In this document: positions 22,431 to 32,052 of the stretch, piece by piece
How positions within the stretch are numbered: position 1 is the stretch's first letter
How the letters are laid out: the number at the start of each line of letters is the position of its first letter
Source of the DNA: Camelus dromedarius
Taxonomy: Eukaryota
Assembly (NCBI RefSeq): GCF_036321535.1
Contig: NC_087447.1
Span: 434,001 to 498,000, forward strand
Reading direction: 5' to 3'
DNA: 64,000 bases
The notes under the pieces: generated by a model
The model's input: the letters and a program-made list of their open reading frames with translations, nothing else
Told to the model about the DNA's origin: nothing
The model's database searches: none
Made by a program: the position numbers and the translations under genes

Positions 22431-23510
22431 GACGCCAAGCCCCTGGTGGCCGCAAGTCTAAATGTACTTTACACAAATCTTCAAAATACAAAAGCAAAAA
22501 CTGACGTCGAGGAATAGAACTGAATTAGAGAAATATGAAAGCCCACAATTATACTCGGAGAGGTCAGCATTCTTTTCTCAGTAATTAACAGAACAGGTGG
22601 AAAACCAGCAAGGAGAGAGACCTGGAGACACTGACACAGCTCCCCACCCAGCAAGAGCAGATTGCATTCTCTCCAAGCGTATGCGGAACCTTTACCAAGA
22701 CAGATTATATTCTGGGTCATAAAATCAACCTTAACACATTTAAAAGAACTGAGGTTCTACAAAGCATTTTTTTCACCATAATGGAAAGAAACTAGAAATA
22801 AACAATAGAAAGAAAAACAGGAAAATCTCCAAGCATTTGGAAATTAAACAACCTAGTTGTAAGCAATCTGTGGGCTGCAGAAGAACTCTCAGGGAAAGCA
22901 CTGGAGATAACTGAGAACACCTACATGTGTGGGATGCATCTTAGAGGGAAATTTATAGCATTAAATACTTACGTTAGAAAAGAACTATCTCGAACAAATG
23001 GCCTTAAGAAGCTTGAAAAAGAACAAATTAGGCACAAAGCAAGCAGAAGGAAGGAAACAAAGAGTTGAAATCAGTAAAATTGGAAACACCGTGACCACCG
23101 CCAACAAAAAGCTATAGAAAAAAATCAAAGAAACCAAAAGCTGGCTCTTTGAAAAGATCAGTAAAATCAATTAAACTCTAGCAAGACGGACCAAGAAAAT
23201 AAAAAAGAAAGATACACTCTACAAATCTAAGGGATAAAAGAAGTGTCACCAGAGATCTTACAGGAATAAAAAGGATAATAAAGAACATTATAATCAATTC
23301 TAGGTCCTTAAATTTGAAAACTAACACCAATAGGCCAGTTTCCTGGAAGACAGACCACCACATTCACTCAAGAAGAAACAGCCTGAACAGTCCTATGTGC
23401 ATGAAGGGACTGACTTCTTAGTTGAAACCCATCAAAGGAAACTCCAGGCCCATAGGTCTTCACCCGCAAATTATTCCAACACTGAAGGGAGAATTAATAT
23501 CAATTCTATC

Positions 23511-23844
23511 CAGTCGTCCCTTGGTGCCCACAGGGGATTGGTTCCAGGAACCCCCATGGACATCAAACTCTGGGGATGCTCACGGCCCTTATATAAAAAA
23601 GTGTAGTGTTTGCATATAACCTCGCACATCCTCTTACAAACTTCAGATCTTACAATAGCTGACACAATATTACTGCTACATAAACAAGAGCGGCTGCAAT
23701 GGAAATGCTATGTAAACAGCTGCCAGCACACAGCAAATCCAAGTTTTGCTCTTTGAAATTTTCTGGAGTTAAAAAAATGTGTTTTTTTGTTCCACAGTTT
23801 GTTGAATCCACAGATGTACAGCTGAGGGTACGGAGGGCTGACTA
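23511..23844 (+). mobile_element. MER2-like TcMar-Tigger MITE
   Basis: Starts CAGTCGTCCCTTGG...GGATTGGTTCCAGGA and ends ...GGTACGGAGGGCTGACTA, forming terminal inverted repeats; ~335 bp. Confidence 0.8.
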
Positions 23845-24431
23845 TAATCTAGCATGGAAAATGGAGTTGAAGGGAGTACTTGCCGGTTCACTTTAGGAAG
23901 TCAGCATTGCCCTGGTACCAGAACCAGGCAGAAACAGGCAGAAAAGGCAAGAAGCACAGACCAGTGTCTTTCATGAATATAGGCACAAAAATCCTTGACA
24001 ACAATTACCAAAGTGGATCTAGCAATATACAAAAAGGACAGTACATCATGACCAAGTAAGATTTATATCACAAATGAAAGGCTGGTTCACCATTCAAAAC
24101 TCAGTCAATGCCCTTCACCACATCAACAGACTAAAATAAGAAAACTATGTAATCACCTCAATAGATGCAGTAACAGTATCTGACAGAATTCAACATCCGT
24201 TCATGTTAAAAACTCTCAGGAAACTAAAAATGGAAGAGAACTTCTTTAATAAGGAACCCAGAACCACAGCTAACAGCACACTTAATGGTGAAAGACTGAA
24301 CATTTTCCCCATAAGATTGAGAGCAGTCAAACATGACTGCTTTTGCCATTTCTGAACAACACTGTATTCAAGTCCCAGTCAGGAAAATAAGAGGAAAGAA
24401 GAAAGAAGGAAGGAAAGAAAGAGAGGGAGAG

Positions 24432-24655
24432 AGAGAGAGACAAACAACAAGGTCCTGCTGTGGAGCACAGGGAAGTATGTTCAATATCTTGTAATAACCT
24501 GAAATGGAAAAGAGTTTGAAAATAGTGTGTATACACATACGCACATGCATATAACCTGAATCGCTCGGCTGCACACCTGAACTAGCACAACACTGTGCAT
24601 CAGCTATAGTGCAGTTTCTTAAAAGAAAAGAAAGGAAGGGAGGGAGGGAGGGAGA
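24432..24655 (+). mobile_element. 5'-truncated cetartiodactyl-type L1 3' end with purine-rich tail
   Basis: AACAACAAGGTCCTGCTG...TTCAATATCTTGTAATAACC...GCACACCTGAACTAGCACAACACTGT, followed by an A/G-rich tail. Confidence 0.7.
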
Positions 24656-24664
24656 GTCATCCAG

Positions 24665-25336
24665 TGCTGCGCCCAGCGCACCTCGGGACCGTGTCTGAGG
24701 ACGGGTGACGCAAGACTTACGAAACAAAGAGACAAAGTAAAGAGCAAAGATGGGACCAGGGGACTCAAGGTCTCGTGGATCTAGAGCCCCGAAAGCCTGG
24801 TCGACATCATATTTATTAGGAGTACACAGCTCAGAAAAAAAATGCGATCAAAGAGGTGGGGCTTTAGATACTCCATGCCATAAGCACTAAGTTCTGCTTG
24901 CTGGTTAGCTGATTCATTTCAGGCCCATCCCTTCCAGGAACAGCCACCCCGGGTGTGCAAAATTTCTGAGTCTATCCTGTCACTGCCTCTGGGACATCTC
25001 AAGATAGCAAATACTTCCCCTGGGTTCAACAGCAGCAGTTTCATGCCAGAACAAAGTTCTGTTAGTGGACAATCTGGCTTTCCAAGACTGTCCATTGTTT
25101 TGCCCTGAGGAAATATCTGCCCTCCTTCGTGCCCTTATGGTCAATGTCAGGATTGCTCCTCACAAGTTTTCTTCAGCATAATACGTGCTATAGGTCTTAT
25201 ACTGCACAAAACATTAGAACAAAGCAAGCACGTGCATTTTAAGCAAGCAAGTGTCAATATAGTCGTTTGAGCTCATGGAAGTTTAGGAGTGGCTTCTTTT
25301 CTAGCTGCTTGTTGTCCAGCAGCTTGTTTCCCAGCA
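24665..25336 (-). mobile_element. Solo LTR (672 bp), probably ERV2/betaretrovirus-like
   Basis: Termini TGCTG...CAGCA form a 5-bp inverted repeat; perfect 6-bp TSD ATCCAG at 24659-24664 and 25337-25342; AATAAA on the minus strand at 24817-24812. Class is inferred from TSD length. Confidence 0.85.
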
Positions 25337-26619
25337 ATCCAGATAAGAAGGAAAAAATAAAATTATCGCTATTCATGAACAAGATCATTGTCTATGTAGA
25401 AATTCTGAAGCTATAAAAATTCCTTGACTTAATAGTGAGTTCAGAACATTAAAGGACACAAGGTCAATATACAAAACTCAGAGCCTAAACATGAGCAGAG
25501 AACAACTGGAAACCAAAGGTTTCAAAAGCACAACTTACAATTGTGCCAGAAAACACAAAATGCTTGGGTATAAATCTTACAAAGTATGTGCGGGATCTGT
25601 GTGCTGAAAGCTACAAAATACCAACGAAAGAAATCAAAGAATATCTAAATAAATGGAAAGCTATACTATGTTCATGGACTGGAAGACTCAACATTTGTTA
25701 AGATGTCAGTTTCCCCCAAATAGCTGTATAGATTCGGCACAATCCCAGCCAGACTCCCAGCAGGACTTTCTCGTAGCTGTCTGCAAGCTGATTCTAAAAC
25801 TCACACACACAGACAAAGGAAGCACAATGGCCAACATTCTGCAAAAGAACAAATTTAGAGGGCCCACACGACCTGATTTCATGACTTGCTCTAAAGCCAC
25901 AGAAATCAAGACTGCATGTTTCTGTCAAAGTCAAAGACATGCAGACAATGGAACTGAGTAGACAGTCAAGAAATAGCCCCACACCGATATGAGCAAGTGA
26001 TTTTGGACGAAAGTTCAAGGGCAATTCCATGCAGAGAAGGCAGTCTTTTTAACAAGTGGTGCAGGGACAATTAGACATCTATAGGCAAGAAAAATCAATC
26101 TATTAATCAATCAATCACCTCAGCTGATTCCTTACACACACAAAAATTAACTCAAATACAGTTAGGAGAATGAACAGACAAGCTACAGTCTGGGAGGAAA
26201 TACTTTCAAGTTACATACCTGACGCACACACCCCATTTTAGTGTGCAATGACATGTCATTGTGGGTTTCATTGTCATGTTCCTGATCACTAAGGATGTTG
26301 AGCACTTTCTCATATGCGAATCGACCATTAGGACACCCTCTTTAGTAATGTGCCTGATTCAAGAACTTTGCTTTTGCTAATACGGGATTGTCTATCTTGT
26401 TGATCTCACAGAGCTCTTCATATATTCTGGATTGGCATTCTTTATCAGAGATCTATATTGCCTACATCCTTTCCCAGTCTNNNNNNNNNNNNNNNNNNNN
26501 NNNNNNNNNNNNNNNNNNNNNNNNNNNNNNNNNNNNNNNNNNNNNNNNNNNNNNNNNNNNNNNNNNNNNNNNNNNNNNNNNNNNNNNNNNNNNNNNNNNN
26601 NNNNNNNNNNNNNNNNNNN

Positions 26620-26717
26620 TTACTTATTTATTTGTTTTGGGAGGAGGTACTAGGGATTGAACTCAGGACCCTGTGTATGCTAAGCACATGCTCTACCACT
26701 TGAGCTATACCCTCCCC
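26620..26717 (-). mobile_element. Vic-1-like SINE
   Basis: GGAGGTACTAGGGATTGAACTCAGGACC...CCACTTGAGCTATACCCTCCCC (reverse-strand tRNA head). Confidence 0.85.
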
Positions 26718-27062
26718 TACTGCCTTTTCACTCTTAATGGTGGCATGTCTGGGGACCGGGAGAGAGATTCCAAGCAGATTGGAGGCTAGGCTGGACTCAT
26801 CACTTGGCACCCAACCCAAGATTACAGAGGCACCCCTGCCTTGGACTTCCATCCTGTGAGAGAAGCTTCCTGCCCTCGTCACCAGTGTTGAGTTCTCTCG
26901 CTGCCTGCCCCTTTACTAATGCACATGAAAGGGACTGAGGGGCTGAATGCGCCCCGGACCTAGGGGCCTGTCCACAGCACGTCCTGCACACACCTTTCTT
27001 TCATCAGACCTCATGTGATATTGCCGCTTGTAAGTATCATTACAACATCTATCCTTTCTCGT

Positions 27063-27186
27063 AATTTTTTTTTGGAGGGGAGGTAATTAGGGTTAGCTAT
27101 TTATTTTTTGGAGGAGGTACTGGGGATGGAACCTGGGACCCTGTGCGTGCTGAGGATGCGTGCTGCCACTGAGCTGCACCCTCCCC
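27063..27186 (-). mobile_element. Vic-1-like SINE (long form)
   Basis: Same family consensus with the GGAGGTAATTAGG extension. Confidence 0.85.
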
Positions 27187-28399
27187 TGATCCTTTCTCTT
27201 TACTGCACACACCGTCCTTGTTTTCTCTTTGCTGGACACGCTGTCAGGCCATCTGATTGTCCCCTGTGTCCCTGGTGTCTTTGAAATCAGGATCCTTGTT
27301 TCCTGCAACACCTCTGTGTTTCAGGTCCATCCTGAGTTTTCTGGCCCCCCGCCCCCACGGTGGAGGGAGTCACCAAGGAAAATGAGGGGCTAGGGTGTGA
27401 ATTAGATGGTCCCACTGAGGGGTGCAGCTACATGGCCCACTTCTTGGCCCCTTCCGTGACCAGACTCCGGGCTGTGAATGAAAATCCTTGCTGTACGTTT
27501 TCCTTGTATGTTCTTTCTGTGCACTTTTATAACCTGAGAGAGGACGGTCTGGGCTGACCGCTCTGCCAGCTCCCAGTGTCCCGTGGATCTGTCCGACCAT
27601 GCAGCTTTACCTGCGCGGGTCTGGGGCCCTGAGCCCCGAGCCCCTTATGCCCCCACAGTCACATGTTGGCAGGTGGGGGTGACGGGCCCCTGGGGGCCCC
27701 AAGCTCAGCCCTGGGAGGGCGGGAGCACCACACCCAGTGCCCCAGGGAGGCCCCAGGTCTCGTGAGTCTGTGGGAGACGGGGGTGCAGGGCGAGAGGCTT
27801 CTCATTGGGGCATTTTCTTTTCTCCGCGAGGGTAAAACACATCTAAAGAGCACAGATAAACTCCCTGTGGGCTTATGACTGCCTTTCCTCCGGCCACGGC
27901 CTTTCTGGCTCTGTGAGGGGAGCACCACCTTCCAGGTTTAGAGGGGCGCACAGCCGACTCAGGGCCTCAGGCTCGCAGGCGATGGAGCCAGGATTCGGGT
28001 GGGCCGCTCAGCTGCTGGCGGGGACAGAGGCTCAGGCAATGGCCAAGGGTGGAGAGTGACTGAGTGTGGTCCCCATGGGTGGAGAGGCTGCTTTGAGGGA
28101 CGGGGTGCAGGGCCGAGGGCTGGGATCTGCAGTCACTGCAGGGGATGTGAATGGGCCCGAGAGGTCGGGCCAGGTTGGGTGCTGAGGGTGAAGGGGTGAA
28201 AGGGCACCCAGCTAGCGCCACTGGCCATCGCGGAGCCCGGAGGGAGCCTGCAGGAGGGCCTAGGGCTCGGGTCGCTTGGCGCCTGGCGGAACTGGCCTGA
28301 GAAGCATGTTCTCCCCACGCCACGTGAACGGAGTAGCGTGAGAAACAGCCTCACCCCGCCTCGAGGGTCTCCAGGAGTGTCCTTGAGGAGGAGGCGCCC

Positions 28400-29200
28400 A
28401 GCTTGGGCCCACGCAGGGACCCGGGTTCTCTGGGGCCGGGTGGGATGGCACTGGCGTGCGTGCCCGAGTGTCTCAGCGGGGTGGTCCGGCCGACCTTCCC
28501 TCCCTGTCGCATTCTCGGGGAGCCGACCCGCGCGACCCGCGTCCCCAGCCGACCCTTCTCTGCACGGAGCATTGCTGGGCCCGCCCATGCCAAGCACCTC
28601 GCTTAGCTCGGATCTCTTTGGGCCACTGGGTTTGTCCACCTGCCCTTCTCTCAGGGCGCATAAGTCCAAGACGGGCAAAGGCTGGGCGCACCTTAGCAAG
28701 CCCCGGGGTCCACCAAGCCGGGCGGGGCCGGACGGGACTAAGGCCGGGCTGGGCGTGCCCGAGGGGCGGGGCTCCGGGTTCCCGACCTGGGCACTGTCCG
28801 CAGTGCTGAGCGCCCGCCGGGGCGCGCGGGGCGGTGCGCCATGGGGAACCGCAGCTACGCGGACGCGGCCGGGCTGCTCGCGGGGCGCGGGCCGGGCACG
28901 GGCGGCGGCGTGGAGAACCCGGGGGCCGCGGCAGCGCTGGCGGGGGGCGTGCTGCTCATCGGCGCGGTGCTGGCGGGGAACACGCTCGTGTGCGTGAGCG
29001 TGGCGGCCGAGCGCGCCCTGCAGACGCCCACCAACTACTTCATCGTGAGCCTGGCGGCCGCCGACCTCCTACTCGCCCTGCTCGTGCTGCCTCTCTTCGT
29101 CTACTCCGAGGTGAGCCCGCGTCACGACCGCACGCTCACCCCTTACCTGCTCCCTGTCCCCTGTCCCAGTCCGCACCGAGGACCCGGCGCGACCCTGACG
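28400..29200. promoter_or_regulatory. CpG island over the DRD4 promoter and exon 1 (TATA-less, GC boxes e.g. GGGGCGGGGC near 28763)
   Basis: Very high CpG density; limits are approximate. Confidence 0.75.
28790..28810 (-). promoter_or_regulatory. RE1/NRSE-like REST binding site in the DRD4 5' region
   Basis: Minus strand reads CTCAGCACTGCGGACAGTGCC versus the canonical TTCAGCACCACGGACAGCGCC. Confidence 0.65.
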
Positions 29201-31804
29201 CTTGGCCTCTCAGGAACCTTGAGCTGGGCACTGCGCCTGGTCTCAGGACAACCGGAGCCTCCGTTCTCTCCGAAGCCCGCTCCCCTCTCCCATCTCGCTG
29301 TCCGTCTGTCCACTTTGCTGTCTGTCCGCCCTCCCTCTTCTGACCCCTCTTCTCCCTCCCTGTCTTGGTGTCCACTACGCAAGAGATGCTTCTGTCCTTC
29401 AAGCCAGAGACCCCAGAAACAGATGACTTTGGCAGTCCAGCCATCCATCCACCCTCCTCAGCTGGGCTCCACTCCCTCAGGGGAGCCAGCTGGACAGACG
29501 AGCAGATTCAGGCTCACCCCCATCCCGGCTCCCCTGGGGCACAAAGACACACACATCACTGCACGAGGTCACAGCCAAGCACGACCAAACACATGCACAC
29601 CAGCAAGCCTCACAGGAGGAGACCCTCACTCACGCAGGCTCGTCCCACAGAGGAAAGGATGCTCAGCTGCCGGCGGCTGCAGGGCAGTGAGCGAGCACAG
29701 GTGGAAGGAGGGGACACCTGGGCCTGACAGCGGGACTGAGGAGAGGGGCAGGCGTGGGGCCCAGGAGCCTCCACCCCCAGGTCAGGTTGGGCCCCTGGAC
29801 GGTCCTGCGTGGTGCCAGCCCTGTGTGCTGCAGTCAGGGCAGAGAAAAGCTGCTTAGGGCTGAGTTGGGGACACAGTGTCCTGGGCTGTGGGGGAGGGGA
29901 GGCTAGTTTTTTCCTATGGTCGCCACGGTGAGTCTGGGCAGGGCTGGGGCAGAGGCTAGCAGGACAAGGACACGCATGACCTGCCACTCCCCACAGACAG
30001 ACGTCACAGTGACGGCTCTTAAGCTCCTAATCGTCCCAAATCAGCAGGAGGGGATTTAGAAGGGGAGTGGCTGTCTGCTCCTTTGCCCTTGGTGGGAGTG
30101 CTAGGTGCCACACGGCAGACTTTATATCTCGTAAGTCATTTGTCCTCAGGATAAACACGTGGGTGCATTCATCACCCCTATTTTACGGATGGGGGGACAG
30201 AAGTGAAATGACTTCTCCAGAGTCCCAGAGCAGTGACAGTTTCAGTAGACAGGCGACTCTTAGCTGTCCGCTGAGGGGAGAAGGGGTGCTGGGCTCCCGC
30301 TCCAGGTGGAGGGTCCCCACCCGCACAGGGAAGGGGACAGTACCCTGAGCCCCACACCATCAGAGACGACAGTCCTCAGGTGGCTATGCCCCCAGGATCC
30401 CCCTGCCCCCAAGGCCTTTCTCAGTTCTGACAGAAAGGAAGGGTAGTCCTCTTGGTGCCCATCTGGTGGGGGGTAGCATGCCTCTGGCTGTCTCCCCTTC
30501 CCCTCACCCCTGGATGTTCAGCCCTGTTCTTCTCCCCCAGAACAGTGGGGCTCAGAAAGACAGCTCAGGCAGCGTGGCTGGGGGGACATCAGCGGTCTCG
30601 ATCTATTGTCTCTGAGGGGGCCCCCACCTGCGGCCCAGGTCCAGGGTGGCGTGTGGTTGCTGAGTCCCGGCCTCTGCGACGCGCTCATGGCCATGGACGT
30701 CATGCTGTGCACTGCCTCCATCTTCAACCTGTGCGCCATCAGCGTGGACAGGTAGGCCGCCACCCACTGGCCCATCCCCCGCCTCCCCATCCGCCCGCCT
30801 TCACCGTGCTCCCTGCAGGTTCGTGGCCGTGGCGGTGCCCCTGCACTACAACCGCCAGAGCCACGGGGGCCGCCAGCTGCTGCTCATCGGTGCCACGTGG
30901 GTGCTGTCGGCGGCTGTGGCGGCGCCCGTGCTGTGCGGCCTCAACGACGCGCAGGGCCGCGATCCCGCCGTGTGCCGCCTGGAGAACCGCGACTACGTGG
31001 TCTACTCATCCGTGTGCTCCTTCTTCCTGCCCTGCCCGCTCATGCTGCTGCTCTACTGGGCCACGTTCCGCGGCCTCCGGCGCTGGGAGGTGGCCCGCCG
31101 CGCCAAGCTGCACGACCGTGCTCCCCGCCGGCCCAGCGGCCCCGGCCCGCCGACCCAGGATGCCCCTGCACCCTCTGACGCCGTCCCACCCCCGGACGCC
31201 ATTCCAGTCCCCGACACCATCCCCCCTCCCGATGCCATCCCACCCACCGACTCCATCCCACCCCCGGAGTCCATCCAGCCCCCCGACAGTGTCCCGGCCC
31301 CCGATTCTGATTCCATCCGGGTCCCCAATGACGCCAACCAGGTCCCTGGCGTTACCACACCCCCTGGCACCATCCTGCCCCCTGTCTCCATCCCCACCCC
31401 TGGCTCCACCCCGGCCGAGCCCCAGCCGCAGGCCTACAGGAGACGAGCCAAGATCACGGGCCGGGAGCGCAAGGCTATGAGAGTCCTGCCCGTGGTGGTC
31501 GGTGGGTACCGGTCCCAGGGCTGTGGGCGGAGGGGCAGACGGCAGAGCCCAGGGCCAGCAGCACTGGGACTCGCTCAAGGCTCCCCCAACCCCTCCCCCA
31601 GGGGCCTTCCTGGTGTGTTGGACGCCCTTCTTTGTCGTGCACATCACGCGGGCGCTATGTCCTACGTGCGCCGTGTCCCCGCGGCTGGTCAGCGCGGTCA
31701 CCTGGCTGGGCTACGTCAACAGCGCCCTCAATCCCGTCATCTACACCATCTTCAACGCCGAGTTCCGCAACGTCTTTCGCAAGACTCTGCGCCTCTGCTG
31801 CTGA
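28841..31804 (+). CDS. DRD4: Dopamine receptor D4; 4 exons: 28841-29110, 30639-30751, 30819-31501, 31602-31804 (422 aa)
   Basis: MGNRS start; TM motifs [69 protein letters not shown]; C-terminal CC. Junctions are GT-AG and in phase. Confidence 0.98.
31171..31413 (+). repeat. Coding 18-bp VNTR in DRD4 exon 3 (third intracellular loop), ~13 units
   Basis: Units such as CCCCCGGACGCCATTCCA (PPDAIP); eleven 18-mers, one 24-mer and one 21-mer, all frame-preserving. Confidence 0.9.
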
Positions 31805-31999
31805 GCAGACGCCCACCCGCCACAGTTCCCCTGCCAGGACCCAGCCTTGCCTGGGGCTTTATAGGCGGAGTTAAACAGATCCCAAACACCAGCCGGGATG
31901 GCTTCTGGCAGCAGGGCGGGGCAGTGAGGCAGGGAGGAGGAGCCTTTACCCCTGGTGGAGCCCAAGCCTGCACTGACCACCCCCCATGGCCAGTTAACC

Positions 32000-32052
32000 C
32001 TCCCTCTCTCCCTTCCTCCCTCCCTCTCTCCTTCCTTCCTTCCTTCCTTCCC
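32000..32052. repeat. Pyrimidine-rich (CTTC)n/(CTCC)n microsatellite downstream of DRD4
   Basis: Directly visible. Confidence 0.85.

Larger units (their letters stand above)
22520..26220 (+). mobile_element. Degraded sense-strand L1 ORF2 region, interrupted by MER2, an L1 3' fragment and a solo LTR
   Basis: A-rich sequence with L1 endonuclease/RT-like remnants; multiple stops and frameshifts. The L1 resumes at 25343 after the LTR. Confidence 0.8.
16510..26619. other. Six N-runs: 16510-16675, 19529-19677, 20056-20241, 20309-20462, 21503-21631, 26481-26619
   Basis: Directly visible; all lie in L1-like sequence. Confidence 0.98.

Noticed and set aside
16420-26703. ORFs containing long X runs and short L1 ORF2-like peptides
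   Set aside because: Artefacts of N-runs and degraded L1 with many stops; no intact retrotransposon ORF.
28841-29857. DRD4 exon 1 frame stays open ~250 codons into intron 1 (338 aa)
   Set aside because: A strong GAG|GTGAGC donor is present and the intronic translation is low-complexity; consistent with chance in C-rich sequence.
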